In this document: positions 30,373 to 40,168 of the stretch, in pieces
How the letters are laid out: each line of letters opens with the position of its first letter
Position numbering within the stretch: position 1 is the first letter of the stretch
Source of the DNA: an uncultured delta proteobacterium
GTDB taxonomy: Bacteria > Desulfobacterota > Binatia > Binatales > Binataceae
DNA: 64,000 nt
Direction: 5' to 3'
Assembly (NCBI GenBank): GCA_963724765.1
Contig: CAVRVY010000001.1
Coordinates: 544,001 to 608,000 of the forward strand
Notes under the pieces: generated by a model
Told to the model about the DNA's origin: nothing
Seen by the model: only the letters and a program-made list of their open reading frames with translations
Database searches by the model: none
Program-made: the position numbers and the translations under genes

Positions 30373-31437
30373 ATGCCGACTGACTCAAGAGACTTCAAAG
30401 ACACGGTCAGGCAATATTTTCGTAACATTCAGCTTGAGGTCGACAGCGCTGCACTATATCGAGCTTTGTCTGTTGAAGAGCGCAAACCCGAAATCGCGGA
30501 GGTCTATAAGCGCCTTGCCGCGATCGAGCAAGCTCACAAGGAATTCTGGAAGCAACGACTTTCGGAGCTTGGTCAACAGGTGCCTGAGTTCAGTGTAGGG
30601 TGGCGCACTAGAACCTTGATCTGGCTTGCCCGCCGCTGGGGTCCTGATTTCGTGCTTCCGGTCGTGAGCACACGCGAGCACGCTGATGTCCGATACTACG
30701 ATGCTCAATCCGAAGCCGTCGCCGGCGGATTCAACGCAGCCGAGAGATCCCACGCGCGCATCATTCGAGCGGTCGCGGCCTCCATGCCGAATATGTCAAT
30801 CGGTCCGCTAGCAAACGCATTGCGTGCGGCTGTGCTCGGTGCCAACGATGGGCTCGCATCGAACTTGAGCCTGGTCATGGGAGTAGCCGGCGCAAATCTG
30901 ACATCCCACGCAATCCTGGTTACCGGACTATCGGGCCTGGTTGCAGGCGCGTGCGCGATGGCGATGGGCGAGTGGTCGTCGATCAGCACGTCTCGGGAGA
31001 GCCACGAGACAGGGGTGGACGTTGAAGCTCGAGAACCAGCCGATATTTCGGAAGAGGAAAGAGAGCAGCTGGCCAATATCTATTCGGCGCAAGGTCTCAG
31101 GCCGGATGAGGCTCGATCATTAGCCAACCGCCCGGCAACCACAACGCGAGAGGACTTCGGCGGCTATGCATGGAATGCCGCTATGTCGTCTTTTCTGTTG
31201 TTCGCAACCGGCGCTCTATTTCCGGTGGTGCCCTTCTTTTTCCTGTCAGGTTCCGCTGCCGTGCTCGCGAGCATCGTAATAAGTTCGGCCGTGCTTTTTC
31301 TGATCGGCGCAGGAGCGACCCTTTTCACCGGACGAAGCTTCTTTTTCTCCGGAATCCGACAGCTCCTCGTCGGACTAGCCGCTGCGGGCGTGACTTATAC
31401 GCTGGGTCACTTCATAGGTGTGACATTGTCAAGTTAG
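30373..31437 (+). CDS. VIT1/CCC1 family Fe/Mn transporter with N-terminal rubrerythrin-like domain
   Basis: N-terminal ExxH motifs (EQAH, ERSH), LRAAVLGANDGL, AGACAMAMGEW, several TM helices. Confidence 0.88.
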   Translation: MPTDSRDFKDTVRQYFRNIQLEVDSAALYRALSVEERKPEIAEVYKRLAAIEQAHKEFWKQRLSELGQQVPEFSVGWRTRTLIWLARRWGPDFVLPVVSTREHADVRYYDAQSEAVAGGFNAAERSHARIIRAVAASMPNMSIGPLANALRAAVLGANDGLASNLSLVMGVAGANLTSHAILVTGLSGLVAGACAMAMGEWSSISTSRESHETGVDVEAREPADISEEEREQLANIYSAQGLRPDEARSLANRPATTTREDFGGYAWNAAMSSFLLFATGALFPVVPFFFLSGSAAVLASIVISSAVLFLIGAGATLFTGRSFFFSGIRQLLVGLAAAGVTYTLGHFIGVTLSS

Positions 31438-31890
31438 GCTTTCTAGGAAGGCCTGCTGCTTGCGGTCGAACCATCTGATCCACGCGGGCTCATCGTCGGC
31501 CTTTCCGGACACTTCGCTTAAGGCGCTTCGTTGCACAGTTGGCGTCGGGCCGATACGAGCCCAAGCCGCCAGACCGCTTTCCTCTGGCAAAATCAAGTGG
31601 CTTTTCGCGGCAGATCACGCAACCCGCCATCCCCGATGTCGTCCTATACCGGACGGTCGTCGATTCCTTCTATCGGAGCGTCGTGGTGCGCGAATCTCCG
31701 GCGAAAGAGAACCGAGTCACTGCCAGACGGAGAAATATTCGCATCCCGGCCGGGTCGTCCTCTCCGGTTCCGCTTCGTGCCCGAATTGAACCGCAAACCC
31801 CGGCTTCCTTTGGCGTTTCTGGTAGAGAGAACCGAGAGAGACAGACTGCTTGCTGGATGACCCAGTCAGATGCGAACCCCTCTCCCGGTC

Positions 31891-31952
31891 GTCAACCGGT
31901 TGACACTCTAGCGGCGGTTGACAAAGTGGCGGTTGACAGCCGAGCGGTTGAC
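31891..31952. repeat. Four CGGTTGAC direct repeats; the first is half of the palindrome GTCAACCGGTTGAC
   Basis: Copies start at 31897, 31915, 31930 and 31945 (spacings 18, 15, 15). Confidence 0.7.
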
Positions 31953-32629
31953 GTCCGGCGAGTGCTCAACGAAAAATAGAACGAGGTTTGATGTTTGCTA
32001 CCACGAGGATCTTCCTACGATACGCTTATGAACGCAGCATCTTTTTGATTGAAAGCTTGTTGCTTTCAAGTCTCCTTTGGAGAAAAGGTAAGGGACTCGC
32101 TCTTGCCGGTATTTTTCCGAACATGAAGGCTGACTTTTGGGACGAACTCTTCAGGAAGTAAACGAATCCGAGAGCTGGATTGACGACGTCAAATTGAAGA
32201 TGGAAACGTACCACCTTCGAAATCAATCGGCATGAACTTGGTATTCTGAATGGCTAACTCGACGCGAGATGGACACTGCTTGGTCGGTATTCAGGCTTTT
32301 TTCTTAGGTGAACAGATAAGCGCTTCTGGATCTGGAAGAGCAGCATCGAATTGGAAGCAGAAAAGCTTGCGCCTCTTGACGATACAAGGCGTAGGTTCTT
32401 CTATGCCAGTTCAGGTGAGATTTCGAAAGGCAATTACTGAAAACCAGAAAGAGACTCAACGATACTTTTCTGGGGATAAGGTTCCCGAAAGGGCGAATTG
32501 TTTCCTTTTTCATAATTGCAGCGCTCTGCACAAGCAAGAGTGACGTTAGTCAGAAACGCGATCAGGTCGAAATCCGCAAGGTCCGAACGATGCCTTCAGG
32601 TTTCTTCCCGCAAACGTGATGAAAAGAGT

Positions 32630-33292
32630 ATGGGTTCCCTCGAAGATTCCGCGGCCCACCTGCCGCTCTGCTTTCACGAATTGACACCTTGGCATCGAAG
32701 TTCAATCGCCGCAGTCCGCGAGGCGGGAGGTTTAGAACTCTCCCGGCCCCAAAAGGCCGATCTTGCTGAGGCTTCGGAAATAGAAAAGGCGCTGATTTGT
32801 TCCGACAACAAACCAGCAATTGAGTTAGCGTCTGCGTTAAGCAAGCAACCGAAGCACAGCGGCGTCGTGTACCGCGGAGTAGGTCTCGACCCGATCGTAG
32901 TTGACGCTTGGGTTAGGGCGCACCCGGTCGGTCTGATGCTGAGCGATCCGACCTTTGTGAGCTGTTCGCTCAAGTTGAACGTTGCCCTCAAATACGGCAG
33001 CACCATGCTGATTCGCATGCGCAGTTGTTCTGGTGTCGAGATCGGGCCGATTTCAACGCGTCCCCAAGACAAGGAGGTTGTGTTCGCACCTGGTGAACAG
33101 TTCATCATCGTCAGACAGGGTCAGCACCGGCTGCGGAAGTCGCCACAGACCATCTGGGTCCTCGACGTCGAAGATGTCTCATGGCCGGCGGGCCCGATTC
33201 CGATATGGCAGGACTATCCATTGCCGGGCAAAGTGCTCAGCGAGGTCTTCTTGCCCGGAGCACGCAGAAGTGCATCGAGCCCGGCAAAGTAG
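32630..33292 (+). CDS. ADP-ribosyltransferase domain protein (R-S-E clade, VIP2/exoenzyme-like)
   Basis: VVYRGV, FVSCSL and QDKEVVF in canonical order and spacing; start placed at ATG 32630. Confidence 0.7.
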   Translation: MGSLEDSAAHLPLCFHELTPWHRSSIAAVREAGGLELSRPQKADLAEASEIEKALICSDNKPAIELASALSKQPKHSGVVYRGVGLDPIVVDAWVRAHPVGLMLSDPTFVSCSLKLNVALKYGSTMLIRMRSCSGVEIGPISTRPQDKEVVFAPGEQFIIVRQGQHRLRKSPQTIWVLDVEDVSWPAGPIPIWQDYPLPGKVLSEVFLPGARRSASSPAK

Positions 33293-33436
33293 CAGCGCGG
33301 CGACGCTGATAACGACACCTCTACCAAAACCCTCGAGTGCGCGTGGACAACCTCCTCAGGGTCGAGCCTGCTGATCGCCCTTCTGTCGAAGACTTCGCAA
33401 TACTTCCCACTCCGCTCGATCGCCTAACGGTCTGCG

Positions 33437-34215
33437 TCAATCGACCGAGTGATTGCTTTCAGATTGGAAGAGAAGTGCCTCGGACAGAGCCTCATCGAGG
33501 TTTTTTGGAAGGCACTCCGTTCGCAGTCTTACCGCATGATCCCGCGACCAGTCTAGAAGACGAACGAGCTGAGGCGACCCGTCGGCATTCGCGAGCTGCG
33601 CCTTAGTTGCTTCGACGAAACGTTCTATTCTCTCCGCTCGTTCGAGAACCTCGATCTTGTCGGCCAGAAATTTCCAGCGACTCTCCTCGAGCTTGCGCCG
33701 TTCCTGTTCTTCCCATCGACGCCGTTCCGCATCTTGCCATTCTCGCTTCCATCTCTCTCGCTCCGCACGTGCCACTTTTTCAGCTGCTGCGTAGGCCACG
33801 GCTCCTGCGAAAAAATCGTTAAGCAGATTCTCTATCCGCTGCTTTCTGCCGTCGGCGCAGATCCTTCGAAGACCAGTGTGATACTTTTCGTCAAGTTGGA
33901 GCACACAATTGCCAGATGGAACGTAGTCCCATTCGGGTTCTGAGGGTCTGTACAGATATTCGTTCGCGCCGCTGCGCGCTTTCTTGCTCCTTTCTTCGCG
34001 AGCGATTTCCTCCGGGGTTCGTTTGTGTGGCTGGCGGTTTTTCCGGCGGCAACTTTCGCCCAATATCCGAGGCCTGGCACAGGCACGTGGTGTCTGATGC
34101 AGATCTTCTTCAGGCCGACGTCTGAAATTCCGAGACCGGCCGCGACTTTCGTCATCGGCTGCGCCCAGACCGATTCATAGAGGGTGTGACGAGTGAGTTT
34201 CGCGCGTTCATTCAT
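33437..34215 (-). pseudogene. Conserved island-associated hypothetical (N-terminal HTH-like, C-terminal coiled coil), frameshifted or internally deleted
   Basis: N-terminal LTRHTLYESVWAQPMTKVAAGLGISDVGLKKIC...PVPGLGYWAK is in one frame and the rest is in another (junction ~34035). Confidence 0.6.
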
Positions 34216-34359
34216 ATCGATTTCCTGTGTTCTGCTTTCGTCCCGAGCCTGCCATTGCGGTTGGCGCACTCTTCGAACTCGTTCGCTGAACAGATCTGAT
34301 CGCTCGCTGTCGTCTGGCTTCTCTTCCGATAGTCCAACCGACGGTTGTCGCACCACGGT

Positions 34360-34928
34360 CGTAACCTCGCCTCGGCATCATCTTTGCGCCGCCGGTCTCC
34401 GCTGAGCATGCTGCTGATCGCGGTCATATCCTGGTCGACGATCGCCGTTATCCCGGTTGGCAGCGAGGTAGTCAGAGGAAGAATCCGTCTCGGCAGCCAT
34501 TTGGCCAATTCTTTGTTAAACACGCGCTTGAGAAGCGCTCCGAAGATAAGAATTGCCTGCTGAGCGTGGGCGTATAAGAGACCTTCAGTGATTTCCACCA
34601 GATCGTGAGCCGCAGCGTCTCGGAAACCATTCAGATTCTTCAGCGAAACAGTTTCGTTCTCGTCCAGTACGTTGATCTGGGTCTGACAAATCGCCAAACA
34701 CTTCTCAAATCCATAGTTGTATTTTTCTCGTTTCGCGCGTATTCGGCCTTCTCGAACACCACGGTCTTCAACAGCATTTCTAAGACCTGATTCATCATTA
34801 GCAACACGCCCTCAGGTCGGCCGATATCTGACGGGCGGTTGAAGACCTCGACACCGACAATTAAAGACTCTCGCGTACGGTCAAATACCGCTGCACGAGA
34901 CTCGGGTCGCTGCTCTTTTGCGTTTCAC
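34360..34928 (-). pseudogene. DUF3644-like (HEPN-related) protein, frameshifted and truncated
   Basis: Joining frames gives RESLIVGVEVFNRPSDIGRPEGVLLMMNQVLEMLLK...GFEKCL...NGFRDAAAH (Rx4H) ...LPRRILPL. Confidence 0.55.
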
Positions 34929-35299
34929 CAGGACAGTCCCGCGCCCTCAAAGCGCAGTACCTCGCATACAGTATCGCCGCTTCTGTGGTTCGTCAAAAAC
35001 TGGTTCGCCGGGATTAGCTCGGGGGTCGATCGCCAACCGGATGGCATGGGTTCGCGGCGAATATCGCGATGCTCTGGCTTTCAAGAAGCGGTCCCCACTC
35101 TCCGGACCTTGTGCGAAAAACGTCCGACCAATGTAATGGAGACACAACGGGACGTGCTAGCATTTCATTGACATGAAGCCTCCGGCCGATTCTAGTCTGC
35201 GGTTGCGTCGGGCTTCAAAATCGGGCGAGTTCCGTCCCTGCAAAAAGAGAGGGCGCGGGTGAAGTCCGTTTTCATTAATTACTTTCTACGGCGAGGGTT

Positions 35300-36241
35300 G
35301 TGGTGATGGGCAAAGCATCCAAGATCGCTCTAGATGAGCGCATCAAGCGTCACTTGGCCGCCGGGCACGTTATGTCCCACATGATATTTCCGGACAGAGC
35401 CGAACTATGCAATGCGGCCGAAATTATCTTCCGAGTCAAGTTCGCGGACTGGTGGTCTGAGCAGTTCATCACTCGGCTCGGTAAGGAAGAGATCAGGCGG
35501 CTTCTGCTGGATGCGGGCTCCCAATTGCCTCAGGAACTTCCTCGACCACTTGCTGATCCTTGCGCGTGGACGAAAAGCAGAGTGTTCGAGCACTATCTCG
35601 ATCCGTTTGGCGGCGTGATTAGTGCCACGATTGCACTGAAGGACTCACCTTCCGAGCATACGCTGGAACAGGAATGGATGCGGCGCTGGTTTGCCGTAGT
35701 ATGCACAGGGAGATTGCTACTGTTAATCGGCTCAATCAATCAGCACACTCACTCTGGAGCGAGCTTGAATAAGGCGATCTACGTGCTACGCGAAACAGAT
35801 GGTAACAATACGGATGTGAAGGCGGTTCTCAAGGAATTCAAGTATCCAGCCATCAATGATTCCAGTCTGAAAAATTCCTGGCGGACATTCAAGCCGGTCG
35901 CACATCTCTGTGCCGCTTACCTAGCCAGCGAGCTTTTGCTTCGGAAAGAAATGCTTTTCCGGACTGTCTTCCAAGACTTCGGAAAGTTTCGTAAGAAGCC
36001 GCCGGTACTGTTTCAGCCCGATGTCTTTCTCTGGTTCTGCACGGTCGCCGCATGTGTCGAGGATTTTGTTACGTCATTCCGGCCGCATGGCCAACAACAA
36101 GCTCTGATTTCAAAAGAAGAGATCTACTCGCTCGACAACTTCTTCCGTACCGACTTGACGTTGCGCCTATCTTTTCCTCCACTTCTCGAAGAAGAAATCG
36201 CAGCTCTAGAAGGGTACAGAGCTCCAAAAACGTTCATATGA
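35300..36241 (+). CDS. Hypothetical island protein
   Basis: 313-aa ORF with lower GC and a weak HTH-like segment (ASLNKAIYVL...SLKNSWRTFKPVAHL); precedes the ParB-methyltransferase. Confidence 0.65.
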   Translation: MVMGKASKIALDERIKRHLAAGHVMSHMIFPDRAELCNAAEIIFRVKFADWWSEQFITRLGKEEIRRLLLDAGSQLPQELPRPLADPCAWTKSRVFEHYLDPFGGVISATIALKDSPSEHTLEQEWMRRWFAVVCTGRLLLLIGSINQHTHSGASLNKAIYVLRETDGNNTDVKAVLKEFKYPAINDSSLKNSWRTFKPVAHLCAAYLASELLLRKEMLFRTVFQDFGKFRKKPPVLFQPDVFLWFCTVAACVEDFVTSFRPHGQQQALISKEEIYSLDNFFRTDLTLRLSFPPLLEEEIAALEGYRAPKTFI

Positions 36242-36358
36242 ACGATTCAGCCCACGACTAGGTTTTTCTCCGAAAGACTAGTCCTTGCTGCGTTGACCCA
36301 ATGGTCCTGTAGCGTAGGTCTGTCATACCGTTCTGATGACCTATCGAGGAGAGGAACA

Positions 36359-37612
36359 GTGGCAGTAGAATTATTAGGACCCCAGCTTAGTAGCGAGAAC
36401 GGTCAGGCCGAGGGCTTGAAGACGGACCCTGTCAAAACTGCAAGTTGCCTGCAGTTTCGGGATCGCATCCGCGAACTGCGCCGGGTTAGGGCCCGGGATC
36501 TGATTCCGAATCCCAAGAATTGGCGCCGACATCCGAAGGCGCAGGCGAATGCGCTGCGCGGACTTCTCGAGGGAATCGGCTTTGCCGATGCCTTGCTCGC
36601 TCGGGAGTTGCCGGGCGGGAAACTGATGCTCATCGATGGTCACTTACGCGCCGAAACTACGCCGGAAGTCGAAGTTCCGGTGCTGATTCTGGATCTCGAC
36701 GACGCGGAGGCGGACAAGCTATTGCTGACTCTCGATCCGCTCGCGTCGCTGGCCGAGTCGGACTCTGAGCGAATCAGCTCACTCGTTCAAACCGTGAGGA
36801 CCGACAACCAGGCGGTTGAAGAACTGTTGCGACGCACAGCGGGCGAGCGGTTGTGGAACCTGATCCATCCACAGGCTAAGCCGCCGGCGCAGATCGACCA
36901 AGCGGGCGAGCTACGGCGCAAGTGGGGAACCGCAACGGGTCAACTCTGGCGGGTCGGCAAGCATCGCCTGCTCTGTGGCGATGCAACCAAAGCCGAGGAC
37001 GTCGCGCAGCTAATGGGCAACGAGCGCGCGGTCTTGTTCGCGACCGACCCGCCGTATGCGGTTGGATATACGGGCGGATCGCACCCTCAGAGCTGGGGCA
37101 ACCGCGGTGCTGCGAACCGGAATAAAGATTGGTCCGGCCAATATGTCGAAGCGAAAAGCGCCGACGTCAGTAATAGCGAAGAGATTGGCGTCGAGCTGTA
37201 TCGCGGGTTCATCAAGATGGCGCTTGAGTTCGCGATCGTTCGAAATGCCGCTTGGTACCTATGGCACGCCAGCAAGCGCCATTCGATGGTCGAGAAAATC
37301 TGGGGTGAGTTCGGAGCATTCGTCCACCAACAAATCATATGGGTCAAAAGTCGACCGGTCCTGACGTATTCGACCTACTTGTGGAGGCATGAGCCGTGCC
37401 TATTCGGTTGGGTCAAGGGAGAGAAACCCAAGACCCATAGATCGCAAGTCGGTGCGGCTGCGGATGAGTTTCCGACGACCGTTTGGGAGGTCCCGAGTTC
37501 CGAAGTCGAAACCGACGCTCATCCGACCTCGAAGCCGTGTCGACTTTTCTCCCTTCCGATGGAGCTGCACACGGAACCCGGCGACATTTCTTATGAGCCG
37601 TTCTCGGGCAGT
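36359..37612 (+). pseudogene. ParB-N domain + N4/N6 DNA methyltransferase, truncated by IS21
   Basis: PNPKNWRRHP, IDGHLR, HRLLCGD, TDPPY and HPTSKP motifs; cut inside the SAM-binding motif EPFSGS; GAGGAG RBS before GTG 36359. Confidence 0.85.
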
Positions 37613-37776
37613 TGTCAACACCGGAGTGAAAGTACATCAGCGCGCCAGAGCAAAAGTCCATCATTTGGATAAGCCGATGGCAGGTAGGTTGACGTCTGGC
37701 AGGGGGAGCGCGAGGGGGATCACCCCCTCGCTACTGTGTCGAAAAGATCTAGCTTTGTGGGTTGGAGTTAGTGGTG

Positions 37777-38553
37777 TTAGCCGGATTCTCGCGGTTGATC
37801 GTCACTGATGCGGCGCTTGCTGTGTTTGAGCCTGAAGCTGTCACCGTTCATCTCGAGGATGTGAACGTGGTGGGTAAGACGATCAAGCAGTGCGCCGGTT
37901 AAGCGCTCGGAGCCGAACACGCTGGTCCACTCATCGAACGGCAGATTGCTGGTAACGATGATCGAGCCGCGCTCGTAGCGCTGGCTGAAGACTTCGAACA
38001 GTAACTCTGCACCAGTTGGGGAGAGCGGGACGTAGCCGAGTTCATCCACGATCAGAAGCTTGTAGCCGGCGAGTTGACGTTGGAGGCGCAGCAGACGCTT
38101 CTCATCATGCGCTTCATGCAGCTCGTTGACCAAAGCGGCAGCGGTGGTGAAGCCGACCGCGAGACCCTTCTGGCAGGCGGCCAGACCTAGCCCGAGAGCC
38201 ACATGAGTCTTGCCGGTGCCACTGTTGCCGACCGCGATGATGTTCTCGCGGCGCGCGATATACTCCGAGCGGGCCAGTTCCAGCACTAGCGTCTTGTTGA
38301 GCGAGGGGAGCGCTGCGAATTCGAAGCTATCGAGACTTTTGACCGCCGGGAACCTGGCTTCCTTGATTCGCCGCTCGATGGTCCGGCGTTCCCGTTCGAT
38401 CATCTCCAGCTCGGCCAGGCGCAACAGGTAGCGAGGATAGTCGACATCCTCGCCGGCGCATTGGCGCGCCAACTTGTCATACTCGCGCAAAAAGGTGGGC
38501 AATCTGAGTGTTTTCAAGTAATGGGTGAGCAGAACCTGGGGCGTATCGCTCAT
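37777..38553 (-). CDS. istB: IS21 helper AAA+ ATPase
   Basis: Walker A GNSGTGKT, Walker B LIVDELGY, TSNL and LDRLTHH; ATGA overlap with istA. Confidence 0.95.
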   Translation of the reverse strand: MSDTPQVLLTHYLKTLRLPTFLREYDKLARQCAGEDVDYPRYLLRLAELEMIERERRTIERRIKEARFPAVKSLDSFEFAALPSLNKTLVLELARSEYIARRENIIAVGNSGTGKTHVALGLGLAACQKGLAVGFTTAAALVNELHEAHDEKRLLRLQRQLAGYKLLIVDELGYVPLSPTGAELLFEVFSQRYERGSIIVTSNLPFDEWTSVFGSERLTGALLDRLTHHVHILEMNGDSFRLKHSKRRISDDQPRESG

Positions 38554-40049
38554 GAACCTGCTCCCGCCATCAGGCTCAGGTAGGATCGGGCCGAGGTGGT
38601 GCTCACAGTCGCCTGTGGCAGATAGGGATAGATCTTCAGGTCGAGTCGCGGTGGGCGCCGTTCGATGCGGCACAGCACGAGATGCTTGACCGCGTCGAAG
38701 CTAATCACTCCGCGATCGATCGCTTCTCGAACTCCTGCGACCACGTCTTCGAGACCGAACACCTCGAGCAAGCGCAGGACCTGAACGAACTCCCGCTTAC
38801 CGGGCTTGCGCAGGCGCGCTTCGAGCAGCCGGCGCAGCGTTGCGAACTCTTCAGGTAGTTCCCAGCCGACCAGCGGCGCGGCCTGGTCCAGCGCGCCGAT
38901 CTTCCGCTCCAGCAGGGCCAGGTAGTGCAGTGGGTTGAACACGAAGTCCTCGCGCTCGTAGGAACGAGCGTGCCGGGCGATCTCCTCGGTTGCACAGGCG
39001 ATCACAACTTCGTGGACGTAACCTCGGACCAGCACCTCGCGGTGACCGTATGCGCTTGGCACTGAGTAGTCGTTGCCGCGGTAGCGCACCAGCGACAACG
39101 AGCTGACCCAGGCGGGCCTCTTTTCGCACGCATCATAGGGTGCGGGCGGCAGCGGCAGGAGAGCCTCACGGTCCTTCACCAGCCGCTCGCCGATGGTGTC
39201 ATCATGACCACGTAGCCGATCCTTCAAACGACGGCGGCAGCACTCCAGCAACTGCTCATTTAGCTCAGCGAAGCTGAGTGCGCGCGGGATCGGCACCATG
39301 AAGTTGCGCCGCGCATAGCCGACCAACCCCTCGACCTTGCCCTTATCGTTACCCTTGCCCGGCCGCCCGAAGCGATCGGCGAACAGAGAGTGGGACTGCA
39401 GCTCACTGAAGACCTTGGTGCGCTTACGGGTGCCATCTCCGAGTATGCGCGCCACCGCCAGCTTGGTGTTGTCGTAGAGGATCGAACGCGGCACTCCGCC
39501 AAAGAACTCGAAGCTGACGTTGTGACCTTCGCAGAAGGCCTCGGTGCTCTCCGCCGGATAGGCCTGCACCAAACAAGCATCGCTGTGCGGCAAGTCCATC
39601 GCGAAGAAGTGGATCTTGCACTCCTCACCTGCGATTACCGCGAGCGCTTCACCGAAGTCGACTTGCGCGTGTCCAGGATCATGGTGCAGTGGCACGAACA
39701 TCTCGCGCAGCCGCTGGCGATGCTCGTGTACGTAAGCCCTTACGATCGAGATCCCGCCGTCATACCCATGCTCATCGCGCAGCCGCTCGAAAATCCGTTT
39801 CGCCGTGTGCTGCTGCTTGGCTGGGCGTAACTTATCTTCTTCCAAGATCCGGTCGATAATCCCGACAAACGGATCCAGCTTGGGCCGCGCCGGCGGCCGG
39901 CTCCGTCGATAACCAGGCGGCACCGAGAACGCCAGCATCTTCGCCACCGTCCGCGGGTCGATCCCAAAGCGCCGTGCTGCTTCCCGCCGACTCAGCCCCT
40001 CCACGTAAACCGCTCGTCGAACCTGCGCGTATAGTTCCACCCGCTTCAT
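38550..40049 (-). CDS. istA: IS21 DDE transposase
   Basis: N-terminal HTH, AQVDFG, YDNTK and DKGKVEGLV motifs. Confidence 0.95.
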   Translation of the reverse strand: MKRVELYAQVRRAVYVEGLSRREAARRFGIDPRTVAKMLAFSVPPGYRRSRPPARPKLDPFVGIIDRILEEDKLRPAKQQHTAKRIFERLRDEHGYDGGISIVRAYVHEHRQRLREMFVPLHHDPGHAQVDFGEALAVIAGEECKIHFFAMDLPHSDACLVQAYPAESTEAFCEGHNVSFEFFGGVPRSILYDNTKLAVARILGDGTRKRTKVFSELQSHSLFADRFGRPGKGNDKGKVEGLVGYARRNFMVPIPRALSFAELNEQLLECCRRRLKDRLRGHDDTIGERLVKDREALLPLPPAPYDACEKRPAWVSSLSLVRYRGNDYSVPSAYGHREVLVRGYVHEVVIACATEEIARHARSYEREDFVFNPLHYLALLERKIGALDQAAPLVGWELPEEFATLRRLLEARLRKPGKREFVQVLRLLEVFGLEDVVAGVREAIDRGVISFDAVKHLVLCRIERRPPRLDLKIYPYLPQATVSTTSARSYLSLMAGAGS

Positions 40050-40168
40050 CCCTCCGCCCACCTCTGCCGTTCCACGGCAAATGGGCTATTGCTGCCGGAT
40101 TTTTACTCCGGTGCAACCGGTCTATCCGGCTGCTTCAGTGAGGGATTTTCTCTCTGGCGCTCTCACCT

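Larger units (their letters stand above)
37613..40165 (-). mobile_element. IS21-family insertion sequence
   Basis: TG...CA ends TGTCAACACCGGAGTGAAAGT / TGAGAGCGCCAGAGAGAAAAT with subterminal repeats; contains istA-istB. Confidence 0.92.
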
